From a bacterium (GTDB lineage: Bacteria > Patescibacteriota > Minisyncoccia > Phycocordibacterales > UBA2100): a stretch of 64,000 bases of DNA. Positions 28,834 through 38,997 of this stretch are shown here, piece by piece. The position numbers were made by a program, and so were the translations under genes. The DNA lies in NCBI GenBank assembly GCA_030647655.1, contig JAUSJH010000006.1:3737-67736 (forward strand), given 5' to 3'. The stretch's first letter is position 1. Each line of letters opens with the position of its first letter. Below the pieces are notes generated by a model. The model had not been told where the DNA came from. It did not search any database and was given only the letters and a program-made list of their open reading frames with translations.

Positions 28834-29016
28834 TCATATGCCTTTCCTGATTTGGTTGTAGGCTTTTTGGAGTAACAAAATTACTACGACTGTCACTAGT
28901 ACTTGTGCTACCACATGTCCGATACCTATTGACGATTTCGAAAGGAAGATGACGTCAACGAGATACAGAGTGTTTGCGCCCACAATTATATAGGCGGCTC
29001 CAGCATAGATGTTCAT
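28834..29016 (-). CDS. Small two-TM hypothetical membrane protein
   Basis: 60-aa hydrophobic ORF filling an intergenic gap; hairpin just downstream (~28797-28830). Confidence 0.45.
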   Translation of the reverse strand: MNIYAGAAYIIVGANTLYLVDVIFLSKSSIGIGHVVAQVLVTVVVILLLQKAYNQIRKGI

Positions 29017-29179
29017 ATGACCTCTCCCTGTTTAAGAGCCGCGTATGCGGCTATGGGTTGTTTGATTGAGTGTGAGAGATTGAAACTAACCAAACAGCGC
29101 CACGAGGGCGTCATTTGGAAAGTTTTTAGGGGCTTTACCGATTCCCACTCCCGTAACAGTATTCCGAAAATTTATACTG

Positions 29180-30460
29180 TCAAGAAAGGGACTTTGCCCC
29201 GATGTCGCGGCGGAAATGCATGCCTTCGAAATGGATTTTGCCGACCGCTTCGTAGGCACGGTCGAGCGCCTGCTTGAGCGTGCCGCCGACCGCGGAAACC
29301 CCAAGTACTCTGCCGCCGTTTGTATACAAGGTTGAACCTCGTAAAATAGTGCCTGCATGAAATACGACGACACCTTCCACCTTTTCGGCTTCTTCAATTC
29401 CCGTTATCGGGAACCCCTTCTGATACGCGTCCGGATAACCGCCGGATGCCAAGACGATATTTGCCGCAAAGCCGCGATGCCATTCCACCGATTTTTTTAC
29501 CACATCTACCGTGCTATCGACACACGCGTCGAGAAGGTCGAGAAGGTCGGTTTTGAGAAGACGCATGTATACCTGACATTCAGGATCGCCAAAACGTGCG
29601 TTGTATTCCAAAACCTTGAGACCGTCAAGCGTCACTTTGAGACCGGGATACAGAAGTCCCTGGAACTGTATGCTGCGTTTTTTGAGCGCTTCGAAGGTCG
29701 GGATAACGACCGCGCTGTCGATGCCGGTCATCACTTGTGAGGTGACCCACGGCACTGGAGCGATAGCGCCCATCCCGCCGGTATTTTTGCCTTCGTCTCC
29801 ATCAAGCGCGCGCTTGTGATCTTGGGAAGAAGGAAACAGTACGTGCGTAATCCCGTCTGTAAGAGCGTGTATGGATATCTCGGGACCATCGAGATATTCC
29901 TCTATCACAACCTCGTTACCGGCATCTTTGTGTATTTTCTCAATCATTATCTCGGTAATCGCATGCTCGGCCTCTTCGAAACTTCTGCAGATGTACACTC
30001 CCTTCCCTAGCGCAAGCCCACTCGCTTTTATGACGATTGGAAAGCCATGCGTGCGCACATGCGCGAGCGCCGTGTGCGGCTCGCTAAAGAGCGCAAACTC
30101 GGCGGTCGGGATTTTTGCCTCCTGCATCAATTGTTTTGAAAAAGCTTTCGAGCCTTCGATTTGTGCTGCTTCTTTGCTTGGGCCCCAGATGCGCAGTCCG
30201 TGCGACTTGAACACATCAACGATGCCGCCGACCAGCGGATCATCGGGACCGACAACGGTGAGGCCGATTCTCTTCTCTTCCGCGAATCTAGCCAACTTTT
30301 CGAATTCCATCACACTGATATCTACGTTCTCGGCGAGCATTCCTGTACCGCCATTCCCCGGCGCCACGTAGAGTTTGCCAACGCGCGGTGACTGCTTTAA
30401 TTTCCACGCGAGCGCGTGTTCTCTCCCCCCGCTGCCGATTATGAGAACGTCAGTTGCCAT
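29180..30460 (-). CDS. purD: Phosphoribosylamine-glycine ligase
   Basis: Motifs IGSGGREHAL, APGNGG, EGSKAF, QDHKR, NTGGMGA, EYNARFGDPE, RRDIG. Confidence 0.98.
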   Translation of the reverse strand: MATDVLIIGSGGREHALAWKLKQSPRVGKLYVAPGNGGTGMLAENVDISVMEFEKLARFAEEKRIGLTVVGPDDPLVGGIVDVFKSHGLRIWGPSKEAAQIEGSKAFSKQLMQEAKIPTAEFALFSEPHTALAHVRTHGFPIVIKASGLALGKGVYICRSFEEAEHAITEIMIEKIHKDAGNEVVIEEYLDGPEISIHALTDGITHVLFPSSQDHKRALDGDEGKNTGGMGAIAPVPWVTSQVMTGIDSAVVIPTFEALKKRSIQFQGLLYPGLKVTLDGLKVLEYNARFGDPECQVYMRLLKTDLLDLLDACVDSTVDVVKKSVEWHRGFAANIVLASGGYPDAYQKGFPITGIEEAEKVEGVVVFHAGTILRGSTLYTNGGRVLGVSAVGGTLKQALDRAYEAVGKIHFEGMHFRRDIGAKSLS

Positions 30461-30998
30461 GCGCTTCAATATACCGCATCGCATCCTTCGGAGTATCTGC
30501 AAAATATATTAACTCATCCAACGGGAGCGGAATCTTTGCACTTCTCAGGAACCCTTCTTTTTCCATTTTCTCAAGTTGCTGTTTTAATCCTTCGTAGAAG
30601 CTACCGGTACTAAGAATGACGATGGGCTTTTTGTGAACACCGTGTTTCTTAAGTTCGAGTACTTCGGTCACTTCGTCCAGAGTCCCGATGCCTCCGACCA
30701 TCGCCACGATGGCATCCGCGCGTTCCAGCATCGCCTCTCGACGTTCTCCGAGAGTCTTGGCAATAATCATTTCATCAGCATTCCTTCGTGTGTGTTCTTT
30801 GAGAAATTCAACAGATATACCAACTATTTTTCCGCCCGCGTCTTGTACGCCAGAAGCAATCACCTTCATTATTCCCTTGTCTGAACCGCCCCAAACAAGC
30901 GTGTGTCCATGCTCACCGAGAAGTTTCGCGAACTCCGCCGCTGGCTTTGTATATTTCTCCGCAATCTCGCTCGCCGAGCAGAAAACGCAAATGTTCAT
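30450..30998 (-). CDS. LOG family protein (TIGR00730)
   Basis: Motifs ICVFCS, LVWGG, GGIGTLDE, KPIVIL. Confidence 0.9.
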   Translation of the reverse strand: MNICVFCSASEIAEKYTKPAAEFAKLLGEHGHTLVWGGSDKGIMKVIASGVQDAGGKIVGISVEFLKEHTRRNADEMIIAKTLGERREAMLERADAIVAMVGGIGTLDEVTEVLELKKHGVHKKPIVILSTGSFYEGLKQQLEKMEKEGFLRSAKIPLPLDELIYFADTPKDAMRYIEAHGN

Positions 30999-31023
30999 GG
31001 GCGCATTCTACTCTATTCTTTCG

Positions 31024-31449
31024 TTAAAATCTCCGATCGTAGTAGTTGAGAAAGACCGTCAGAAGTTTAGGATTAGCAAGTCCATAGATGTAACGGCTAG
31101 TCGGTTCTCCCTTGGAATCCGGGATTTGGACCCAACCAGCACGCTTGCCGTACATACCGACCGCTAAAGGGTTCTGATCGGGTTCAACTGCATCGCCCAA
31201 AAGGATCGGTTCTCCAGACTCTCTGCTGATCCTTTCAACTTCGGCCATCAACTGGGATGCCAAACCTTTTCCTTGGTCCTTTTTTCCCACCCAGAGGAAG
31301 TGGGCAACGTAGTGCGGGACTGGAAACATGTTTTTGCTAAGGGAGATAGTCCCAGATATCGATTCGCTCCCAAATTTCTTTATCTGGATTTTGTTCCCCA
31401 TTCGTTCTATTTCTCCAAATTCCTTTTGTATAGGAAGTGCTTCATTCAT
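31024..31449 (-). CDS. GNAT-family N-acetyltransferase-like protein
   Basis: Acetyl-CoA motif A LWV...QGKGLASQLM; A..MY...GW. Confidence 0.65.
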   Translation of the reverse strand: MNEALPIQKEFGEIERMGNKIQIKKFGSESISGTISLSKNMFPVPHYVAHFLWVGKKDQGKGLASQLMAEVERISRESGEPILLGDAVEPDQNPLAVGMYGKRAGWVQIPDSKGEPTSRYIYGLANPKLLTVFLNYYDRRF

Positions 31450-32215
31450 ACTTTGTCAAAATCTCCGGGCCGTTTTTTGTGACAAGAACTGTGTGCTCGG
31501 CGTGTGCGGTGCGCGAGCCGTCTTTCGTGCGGTATGAATAGCCGTCTTTATCTATGAAAAGCTCGCCGCTTCCAAGCGTCATCATGGGCTCGATTGCGAT
31601 TATTAATCCTTCGACGAGTTTTGCTCCTTTTCCTCGCTCACCGAAGTTGGGCACATGCGGCTCTTCATGCACCTTGATACCGACGCCATGACCTGAAAGA
31701 TTCTTGGGATAGCCGAAGTGATATTTCTCGGCGATTTTTTGCACCGCATAGCCGATGTCGCCAGTTGCATTCCCCACTTTCGCCTGTGCGATGCCCGTGG
31801 CGAGTGCTTCATAGGTGCCTCTGACCAACTCTTCGTCACGCGGGTCACGTCTGGTACCGGCGATCACAGTCACCGCGTGATCGGTATAGAATCCTTTGTG
31901 CTTAATGCCAAAGTCGAGACATACGACATCTCCATCGTGAATAACCGCATCATTGTCGCTTGCGGGAGAGTGCACAATCACATCGTTCACTGAAACACAG
32001 AGGCCCGATGGGTACGGTTTGTCCCCCTTGCGCTCCGTGTGACCAAAGAACGCGAGCGTGTCACCATCTGCTTTCACAAGTTCGCGCGCCTTATCCTCAA
32101 GCTCGCGCGAAGTGACGCCCGGCGCGACGAGCTCGGAGAGAATGCGCAGATGCCGCGCGAGACGCCTGCCGCCTTCGCGCAGTGCATCGATTTCTGCTTT
32201 GGTTTTCGCAATCAT
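31442..32215 (-). CDS. map: Methionine aminopeptidase type I
   Basis: Motifs CVSVNDVIVH, LDFG, TDHA, GHGVG..VHEEP, AIEPM, AHAEHT. Confidence 0.97.
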   Translation of the reverse strand: MIAKTKAEIDALREGGRRLARHLRILSELVAPGVTSRELEDKARELVKADGDTLAFFGHTERKGDKPYPSGLCVSVNDVIVHSPASDNDAVIHDGDVVCLDFGIKHKGFYTDHAVTVIAGTRRDPRDEELVRGTYEALATGIAQAKVGNATGDIGYAVQKIAEKYHFGYPKNLSGHGVGIKVHEEPHVPNFGERGKGAKLVEGLIIAIEPMMTLGSGELFIDKDGYSYRTKDGSRTAHAEHTVLVTKNGPEILTKYE

Positions 32216-32802
32216 TGCGCCAATCCTAACACCGAGAGGATATTTTTATGGATAGACTCTACATCCGGTTCACCATCAATCTCGTGGATCAATCTACCAC
32301 GACTTTTCAAAAGTTCGAGTTGCGGCACAACGTCGGTTTTTGTCCACGCGAGGCGTCTGCGTATCGCTTCTTCTGTATCATCGTTGCGCCCGCGTGCGAG
32401 AAGACGCGTAACTGCTGTATCGTCGGAAATGACGAGGTTCACAATTTGTAAGTCCTCGCGCTTGAAAAACTTAACCATGTCATCGAATCCTCTCGTCTGG
32501 TCCTCTCCACGAGCCAATCCGTCGGCGATAACATGTTCTTCTCCGGTGAAATTATCGACAAGTTTCTTTGTTTGGAGATAGATTGCCATAAAATCATAGA
32601 TGCGAATCCCGTTGTCTATGATTTCCCCGGTCAATTTCCCCGCGTATGTTCCCGTATCGCGTAAATTGCGAAGCTCTTGCCCCATGTCGATACGAATGAT
32701 GACGCGGTTGGATTTCGATTGAAGGTACTCAATGAGCATCTTCACTTGCGTTCCCTTGCCAGCTCCCTGTGAGCCAAAAAATAACACGGTGAGCGGTTTC
32801 AT
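32212..32802 (-). CDS. adk: Adenylate kinase (short form)
   Basis: GSQGAGKGTQ and RGRNDD; position in the spc cluster before map. Confidence 0.85.
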   Translation of the reverse strand: MKPLTVLFFGSQGAGKGTQVKMLIEYLQSKSNRVIIRIDMGQELRNLRDTGTYAGKLTGEIIDNGIRIYDFMAIYLQTKKLVDNFTGEEHVIADGLARGEDQTRGFDDMVKFFKREDLQIVNLVISDDTAVTRLLARGRNDDTEEAIRRRLAWTKTDVVPQLELLKSRGRLIHEIDGEPDVESIHKNILSVLGLAQ

Positions 32803-32804
32803 GT

Positions 32805-33395
32805 TTAGAGATTGTATCCTTCTTTGCGCATTATATCCACGACATCGTGCACGGTGTCCTCGAGCTTTCCATTGGCATTTACGACGCGGTAATCGTACTG
32901 CGGCGCGTGCACGCGCAACTCCTCTTCGGTCACTTTCATGCGCGCTTGAAATTCGGCTTCCGACCACTCCGGAGAGCGCGTGTGCAGGCGGCCTCTAAAT
33001 TGTTCGAGGGACTCGGGCATGATGAAGATGGTGGTTGCTCCATAGCGCTCTTTCAAGAGCCGCGCGCCTTCGATGTCTACTTGTGCGAAAATGATTTTCC
33101 CCTCTTGTATCTTCTTTTCGAGGTCCGGCAGGTAGGTGCCGTAATACGTATTGAGCGCAGGCACAAAGCGGTGTTCTGGGATGTTGCCTGACGCAAGCTC
33201 CGCATCGAATTGCTCCTGCGAGAGAAAATAATAGTCCACTCCCTCGCGTTCGGCTGGGCGCATGGAGCGGGTCGTCGCTGTCACGAGACGCACGCAATTG
33301 CGGTAGCGTTTGAGTATCTCATTGATGACCGCGTTTTTTCCAGAGCCCGAAGGACCTGCGATGACAACGACCTGTTTACCAGATGCCGCGTTCAT
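32805..33395 (-). CDS. gmk: Guanylate kinase
   Basis: Motifs GPSGSGK, TTRSMRPAEREGVDYYF, YYGT. Confidence 0.93.
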   Translation of the reverse strand: MNAASGKQVVVIAGPSGSGKNAVINEILKRYRNCVRLVTATTRSMRPAEREGVDYYFLSQEQFDAELASGNIPEHRFVPALNTYYGTYLPDLEKKIQEGKIIFAQVDIEGARLLKERYGATTIFIMPESLEQFRGRLHTRSPEWSEAEFQARMKVTEEELRVHAPQYDYRVVNANGKLEDTVHDVVDIMRKEGYNL

Positions 33396-33400
33396 TGCGG

Positions 33401-34675
33401 TTAATACTCTCTGATGGAGGTCTGCGCGTCAACCTTTTTGACGACGTCGAGTACGACTGAAACGACGATGAGGAGCGCTGTACCGCCGATTGTTATCGCG
33501 GTGATACCTGTCAGCCCCTGAAGAATGATGGGCAAGACGGCGAGCACACCGAGAAATAAAGCGCCGACGAGCGTGATGCGTGTAATAATGTTGCCGAGAT
33601 ATTCGGCTGTGGTGCCGCCTGGCCGGACTCCGGGAATAAAGGCGCCATTCTTCTGCAGATTTTTAGCGACCTGATTGGGCTCGAACGTAATCGCAGTGTA
33701 GAAGTAGGTAAAGACGAAGACAAGGAAAAAATAGAGGGCTCCGTAGACCCACGTGTTGGCAAGCGCCGCAACTACTGCGTTCGCACCAGAGGCAACGAAG
33801 GCAATGGGGCTTTTCGTAAGGAAGGTGGCGATCATCTGCGGGAAGAGAAGTATCGAGAGCGCGAAGATAATGGGAATAACTCCTGCCTGATTCACGCGAA
33901 GCGGGAGGTACGTGGAAATTCCGCCCAGGACCTTGGTCCCGCGAACACGCCGTGCATAGGTCACAGGTATCGGGCGTTCAGCCTCCGTGATAAAGACGAC
34001 GCCCGCGATGATGACCGCGGCGGCGGCGGTGAACGCAATGTAGAGAGGAATCTGCGAAACTTCGAATGAAAAGATGAGCTGGGCAAAAGCCGATGGAAGA
34101 GCGGCAACGATTCCGGCAAAGATGAGCAGTGATATACCGTTACCCACACCAAATTCCGAAATGAGCTCGCCAATCCACATGAGAAGAATGGCTCCGGCCG
34201 CGATAACGGTGACATTCGTGATGAAGCCAAGCGTCGTCAGAGAAGATACGATGCCGTTCTGCTGAAGGAGCAAAAGAAATCCGAACGCTTGAACGAACGC
34301 GAGCGGCACCGAGAGGTAACGCGAGTACTGCACGAACCTCTGTCGGCCGGCATCCCCCTCTTCCTGATACATCTCTTTTAATTTCGGAATAAGAATGGTC
34401 ATAAGCTGCATCACGATCGAAGATGTGATGTACGGAGAAACACCGATCATCATGATGGATAGATTGGAAAAGCCGCCTCCCGAGAATATATTGAGAAGAC
34501 CGAGGAATTGGTTGTTGCTCAAGAATGCTTCAAGCTGAAGGGCATTGATTCCGGGGATAGGAATGGTCGCGAGAAAGCGGAAAACAATGAGAGCGCCGAA
34601 AACGAAAAGGATGCGCGAGCGTAAACCCTCGTCTTCGAAGATGAGCTTTACTTTACGAAGAAATGTTTCCCACAT
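33401..34675 (-). CDS. secY: Preprotein translocase SecY
   Basis: Motifs SPYITSSI, GVGNGISLLIFAGI, QAGVIPIIFA, FIPGVRPG, GGTALLI. Confidence 0.99.
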   Translation of the reverse strand: MWETFLRKVKLIFEDEGLRSRILFVFGALIVFRFLATIPIPGINALQLEAFLSNNQFLGLLNIFSGGGFSNLSIMMIGVSPYITSSIVMQLMTILIPKLKEMYQEEGDAGRQRFVQYSRYLSVPLAFVQAFGFLLLLQQNGIVSSLTTLGFITNVTVIAAGAILLMWIGELISEFGVGNGISLLIFAGIVAALPSAFAQLIFSFEVSQIPLYIAFTAAAAVIIAGVVFITEAERPIPVTYARRVRGTKVLGGISTYLPLRVNQAGVIPIIFALSILLFPQMIATFLTKSPIAFVASGANAVVAALANTWVYGALYFFLVFVFTYFYTAITFEPNQVAKNLQKNGAFIPGVRPGGTTAEYLGNIITRITLVGALFLGVLAVLPIILQGLTGITAITIGGTALLIVVSVVLDVVKKVDAQTSIREY

Positions 34676-34677
34676 AT

Positions 34678-35127
34678 TTATGCAATGGTGCCGCCAGCAT
34701 TCTCAATAGTAGTGCGTGCGGAGGCTGAAACTGAAACTCCTTTGAGAGAAAACTTGGTATTAATGCTGCCACCACTCACAATCTTGACCGGCGGCATCGT
34801 ACGCGCTGAAATGGCGCCTTTCTCGGCGAGAATCTTTGACGTTACCTCCCCACCGTTCGGGAAGAGCGCACTGAGATGCTCTAGCGAGATAGCGACCGCG
34901 TCGAGCTTTGTTCCATCGACGGTGCGCCCACGATTCTTGCCGTATCCGCGTCGTTTCGGCAACTTTTTGATGATATCACGCAGCTCGGGACGACGTTTAT
35001 TACCAGCGCGCGCCGTTTGTCCTTTGCCCCCCCTCCCAGATTGCTTGCCGCGTGTACTCGATTGCCCACGACCGACACGACGGGATGCGCGCTTTGTCAT
35101 TCTATGCAATGAATTGAGTCCGGTCAT
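34678..35127 (-). CDS. rplO: 50S ribosomal protein L15
   Basis: Motifs RVGRG, GRGGKGQTARAG, KLPKRRG. Confidence 0.95.
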   Translation of the reverse strand: MTGLNSLHRMTKRASRRVGRGQSSTRGKQSGRGGKGQTARAGNKRRPELRDIIKKLPKRRGYGKNRGRTVDGTKLDAVAISLEHLSALFPNGGEVTSKILAEKGAISARTMPPVKIVSGGSINTKFSLKGVSVSASARTTIENAGGTIA

Positions 35128-35133
35128 ACGAAT

Positions 35134-35838
35134 TTATGAGGTGATGGATATTTTCTTCAGAGCCTCGATAGCCGCTCGTGCGTTGTTGACGGGATTCTTA
35201 CTTCGGGAGAGAAGCTTGGCGGTAACGTCCGATACACCGGCAAGCTCGAGCACGGTGCGCACCGACGAGCCCGCGACCAATCCGCGGCCTGGGCTCGGGC
35301 GTATCTCGACGCGTGACGCACAGAATTTTGCCTCTACGTTGTGTGCGAGCGAGCGGTTCTTGGTCAGATTCAAGCTGATCATATTGCGCTTTGCAGCGCG
35401 TGTCGCTTTCTCTATCGCTTGTGCGGTATCAGCTGCCTTCCCCAGCCCCACACCCACGCGGCCCTTCTTGTCGCCCAAGACGAGGCCTGCGCTGAAATTG
35501 AAACGGCGGCCGCCGGCCATGACACGCGCGACGCGCCGGATGCCGATAAGTTTTTGTGCAAACTCACTGCGGCGTTCATCGCCTCCGCGGCGAGGCCCTC
35601 CGCGGCCCCTCTGACCTCCACTACGGCGATCACGATTGCCGCGACCCGCAAAAGGTGCTCGCGCAGGACGCACCTCCACAGGGACTTCTACGGAAGCCTT
35701 TACCGGCACATCCTGCGCAGGCGTTTCGGCAATTACCACCACTTCGTCTTTTTGATTGTCAGCCACCCCCTGAGAAAACGAGTTCTGAGATTCAGCGAGG
35801 ATATTGTCTGTCGGATCTTTTGGAGTTGTGTCGGTCAT
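35134..35838 (-). CDS. rpsE: 30S ribosomal protein S5 with long N-terminal extension
   Basis: RRVARVMAGGRRFNFSA...GKA; rpmD is absent between rpsE and rplO. Confidence 0.97.
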   Translation of the reverse strand: MTDTTPKDPTDNILAESQNSFSQGVADNQKDEVVVIAETPAQDVPVKASVEVPVEVRPARAPFAGRGNRDRRSGGQRGRGGPRRGGDERRSEFAQKLIGIRRVARVMAGGRRFNFSAGLVLGDKKGRVGVGLGKAADTAQAIEKATRAAKRNMISLNLTKNRSLAHNVEAKFCASRVEIRPSPGRGLVAGSSVRTVLELAGVSDVTAKLLSRSKNPVNNARAAIEALKKISITS

Positions 35839-35861
35839 AAAATATTTATTTTCTCATGGGG

Positions 35862-36206
35862 TTAAAATACTAATCCTGCGGCACGCGCGGCTTCCGCAAA
35901 CGCTTTGACCGTGCCGAGATACTGGAATCCCCCGCGATCGAAGACGACCGATTTCACGCCCTTCGCGCTCGCGCGTTTCGCGAGTGTTGCGGCGGCCGCT
36001 TCGGCGCGCTCGCGCGGGGTCTTGCCTTTCTCATCAAGCGACGAGACAGCAGCTAGTGTCGTCCCCTTTGCATCATCTATTATCTGTGCGACGAGACGCG
36101 TGTTTGATTTGTAAATCGAAAGACGCGGGCGCGATTCAGACCCCTGCACCTTCGCGCGCACGCGGCGGTGCCGTCGGTCTCTCTGTTGTGTTTTAGTAAG
36201 TGCCAT
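35862..36206 (-). CDS. rplR: 50S ribosomal protein L18
   Basis: Motifs RPRLSIYKSN, VVFDRGG. Confidence 0.97.
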   Translation of the reverse strand: MALTKTQQRDRRHRRVRAKVQGSESRPRLSIYKSNTRLVAQIIDDAKGTTLAAVSSLDEKGKTPRERAEAAAATLAKRASAKGVKSVVFDRGGFQYLGTVKAFAEAARAAGLVF

Positions 36207-36212
36207 AGTGTT

Positions 36213-36761
36213 TTATGCCGTAGTGGCTACTGCGGCTTTCTTGCCCTGCTTCTCGCGCACCACTTCGCCTTCGTAACGGATGCCCTTGCCTTTGTATGGC
36301 TCCGGCTTCTTCTCTGCGCGAACACTTGCCGCAAATTCTCCCACCTGCTCTTTGTCGGCACCGGAAACGGTGATGATGTTCTTGTCGACAGCAACAGTAA
36401 CGCCTGCGGGAACGGACAGAAGGACGGGGTGCGAAAAGCCGATTGCGAGCTTCAGTGTTTTGCCCGAGAGTTCGGCACGATAACCGATACCTTCAATCTG
36501 TAGTTTTTTCACGAAAGGCGTATTAACGCCTGCGATCATGTTGCGCATATGCGCTGCGTACGTGCCCCAGAGAGCGCGGCCCAAGCGAGACTTTTCTTTG
36601 GGAGAAACCAGCGCTTCGCCATTCTCGATAGAAATCGAAATCGCCGGATGGAGCATGCGCTTCAGCGTTCCGCCTTTTCCCTTGACGATTATCTCATTGG
36701 AAATGATGGACACATCGGTGCCTGCGGGAATTTTTATCGGATTTTTTCCTATGCGACTCAT
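36213..36761 (-). CDS. rplF: 50S ribosomal protein L6
   Basis: Motifs MSRIGK, PEPYKGKGIRY. Confidence 0.98.
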   Translation of the reverse strand: MSRIGKNPIKIPAGTDVSIISNEIIVKGKGGTLKRMLHPAISISIENGEALVSPKEKSRLGRALWGTYAAHMRNMIAGVNTPFVKKLQIEGIGYRAELSGKTLKLAIGFSHPVLLSVPAGVTVAVDKNIITVSGADKEQVGEFAASVRAEKKPEPYKGKGIRYEGEVVREKQGKKAAVATTA

Positions 36762-36766
36762 ATGTT

Positions 36767-37162
36767 TTACCAAATCTCAAAAAGCGCCTCTCCTCCGACC
36801 TTTTCCTTTCGTGCTTCTTTGTCCGTCATGACGCCGCGCGGCGTCGAGAGTACCAAAGCGCCATGCCCGTAGCGTACCGGCAGGATTTCGCGCGTACTCT
36901 TGTACATGCGCCGCCCCGGCTTCGAAATACGCTTCACGCCATTGATGGCGTGTTCGCCTTCGGCGTTGTATTTGAGGACGACGTCCAGTGTCTTTCTCAC
37001 TTTCTTTCCTTTCTTTTCGACACCAGCAACATATCCGGCGTCTTTCAATTTTTCTGCGACCGCCATTTTGAAAGCCGAGTACGGCACGGAGACAGACGTC
37101 TTTTTGATAGCACCTGCATTTTTGAGAGAGATTATGAAATCACCGATGGGATCGTTTACCAT
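36767..37162 (-). CDS. rpsH: 30S ribosomal protein S8
   Basis: Motifs [26 protein letters not shown]. Confidence 0.98.
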   Translation of the reverse strand: MVNDPIGDFIISLKNAGAIKKTSVSVPYSAFKMAVAEKLKDAGYVAGVEKKGKKVRKTLDVVLKYNAEGEHAINGVKRISKPGRRMYKSTREILPVRYGHGALVLSTPRGVMTDKEARKEKVGGEALFEIW

Positions 37163-37341
37163 GAAGATTTTTTGATGCCGGGGATATTCCCTTCTAGTGC
37201 TTCCTCGCGGAAACAGATGCGGCAGAGATTAAAATCACGCATAAAACCGCGCGGGCGGCCGCATTTGAAACAGCGTCGCACCGTCCGAGACGAAAATTTC
37301 GGCACGCGATTCGCCTTTATTATCATTGATTTTTTGGCCAT
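37156..37341 (-). CDS. rpsN: 30S ribosomal protein S14, Zn-binding type Z
   Basis: RCFKCGRPR...CRICFRE...PGIKKSSW. Confidence 0.97.
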   Translation of the reverse strand: MAKKSMIIKANRVPKFSSRTVRRCFKCGRPRGFMRDFNLCRICFREEALEGNIPGIKKSSW

Positions 37342-37476
37342 ATATAGATACCCCTAGGAGACTTAGAGGCCCTTGCATCCGGCGCTTGCGCAACCGACTT
37401 ACAGAAGCTTCTTCGCGTGGCTTTGTTCTTCTTCCAACCTGTGGTCAAAAAACAAAGCCCCCTACGAGGCTCGGAC

Positions 37477-37505
37477 AATATAGTCGATGTGGGAGGTAAA
37501 GTCAA
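37477..37505 (-). promoter_or_regulatory. Sigma70 promoter re-initiating the spc operon at rpsN
   Basis: TTGACT-17 bp-TATATT. Confidence 0.65.
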
Positions 37506-37575
37506 TCGAATAGACAAACGTCCGAATCGGCATATATTATCCAAACTCACGTAACCACCCAATGGAGGACGAACG

Positions 37576-38040
37576 ATGAGTGCTCTCGACAACAGGCTCT
37601 CGCCGGACCAACTGAAAGCGCCCGCGGGCAAGTTCCGCGTGGTGAAAGTCCAGACGCCGAAAGACGGCCTTGCCGATTCGGCGGCATTCTTCCTCGTCGA
37701 GGACTTCCCCGACAGGTACGACGCCCTCGTGCGTTGGCGCGACCTCGCACAGGCGGGCTGGCGCTCGGACGAAGAAGGCATCAGCTACAGGTTCTACGAC
37801 GACCAGGGCCGTATCAACGACGCGATCGGCGCGCATGTCACCGAGGGGGACCGGAAGGCACCGCCCGGCAAGTTCCGCATCATTTGCGTGGACTTTGCAG
37901 GGCATCCGCCGGCGATCAAACTCGTCACCGACCTCGACGACCGCGATGCGGCGATTGAATACGCGAAGACCGCATACGAAGGTCCGTACACCGGCTTTCA
38001 GGTGCACGACGACACCGGAGCGGCATTAATCCCGGTCTGA
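37576..38040 (+). CDS. Hypothetical protein with internal duplication, inserted antisense between rplE and rpsN
   Basis: Two units KAP.GKFR(V/I)...(Y/H)DD.G; GGAGG Shine-Dalgarno; GC-rich codons. Confidence 0.8.
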   Translation: MSALDNRLSPDQLKAPAGKFRVVKVQTPKDGLADSAAFFLVEDFPDRYDALVRWRDLAQAGWRSDEEGISYRFYDDQGRINDAIGAHVTEGDRKAPPGKFRIICVDFAGHPPAIKLVTDLDDRDAAIEYAKTAYEGPYTGFQVHDDTGAALIPV

Positions 38041-38064
38041 TGACCAGGCGCGAGATTGAAAACG

Positions 38065-38099
38065 AAAACGGGCCCCGTGTTTGGGGCCCGTTGTTTTTT
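38065..38099. terminator. Bidirectional terminator
   Basis: AACGGGCCCC / GGGGCCCGTT stem with A and T runs on either side. Confidence 0.75.
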
Positions 38100-38652
38100 A
38101 TTTCTTTGCTTCTTCTTGTTTCTCCTGCAGCGGCATGCCGAGGTGGCGAAGGAACGCTTCGGCTTCTTTTTTGTTTTTCGCCGTCGTGGTGATGGTGATG
38201 GCAAGACCGAAAATGTCTTTTGATTCCTCGTCTGAAGTCTCGGGGAATACGATGTGTTCTTTGAAGCCAATCGAGATGTTGCCCATCTCGTCGATAGCGC
38301 TCGTCTTTATGCCCCGAAAGTCTTTGACGCGCGGGAGCACGATATTTATGAGTTTACTTAAGAACGACTGCATGCGCGCGCCGCGGAGCGTCGTCTGGTA
38401 GCCCACCACGTCACCCGCGCGGCTTTTGAAATTCGCTATCGCTTTCTTCGCGGCGCGCGGCGCGGGAGCCTGCCCAGTGATGCGCGAAAGTCGGTCTACG
38501 ACAAGCTCGAGGCGTTTTTTATCTTTATTGACCTTGCCGACGCCCGAAGAAACGACGATTTTCACGACCTTCGGAGCCTGCATTACATTCCTGTAGCCAA
38601 GCTCACTTTTGAGTGCGTTGAATGTGCTCATGTGTGGTGTTGCTGTTTTCAT
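38098..38652 (-). CDS. rplE: 50S ribosomal protein L5
   Basis: Motifs ITGQ, ANFKSR, TLRG, LPRVKDFRG, VFPE. Confidence 0.98.
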   Translation of the reverse strand: MKTATPHMSTFNALKSELGYRNVMQAPKVVKIVVSSGVGKVNKDKKRLELVVDRLSRITGQAPAPRAAKKAIANFKSRAGDVVGYQTTLRGARMQSFLSKLINIVLPRVKDFRGIKTSAIDEMGNISIGFKEHIVFPETSDEESKDIFGLAITITTTAKNKKEAEAFLRHLGMPLQEKQEEAKK

Positions 38653-38661
38653 ACGAAATGT

Positions 38662-38973
38662 TTACTTCAGTGGTTCTCCACTTTTAACGGCGACGCGCCC
38701 ACGCTCCCCGTCTTTGCCGCGCACTATTCGAATGCGCGTGGGCTTGCCGCTCTTCGGGTCCATGAGCATCACGTTGGATACATGCATAGGCATCGATTTT
38801 TCCACGATCTGGCCTTTGCGGTTTTGCGCCGATGGCTTGCGATGCTTTTTGACGAGATTCATGCCGTCGATAAGGACCATTTCCTTGCGCGGCAAAACAC
38901 GAACGATGGCGCCGCTTTTCCCCTTGTTCTTGCCCGCAATAACGAGCACGGTGTCTCCTTTTTTCAATTTCAT
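38662..38973 (-). CDS. rplX: 50S ribosomal protein L24
   Basis: Motifs KKGDTVLVIAGKNKGK, HVSNVM. Confidence 0.98.
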   Translation of the reverse strand: MKLKKGDTVLVIAGKNKGKSGAIVRVLPRKEMVLIDGMNLVKKHRKPSAQNRKGQIVEKSMPMHVSNVMLMDPKSGKPTRIRIVRGKDGERGRVAVKSGEPLK

Positions 38974-38997
38974 ACGCAAAAATTTATTTTGTACAGA

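Noticed and set aside
34685-35614. Long antisense ORFs over ribosomal, ftsH, malic enzyme and tuf genes
   Set aside because: Mirror frames of well-conserved genes, with no motifs of their own.
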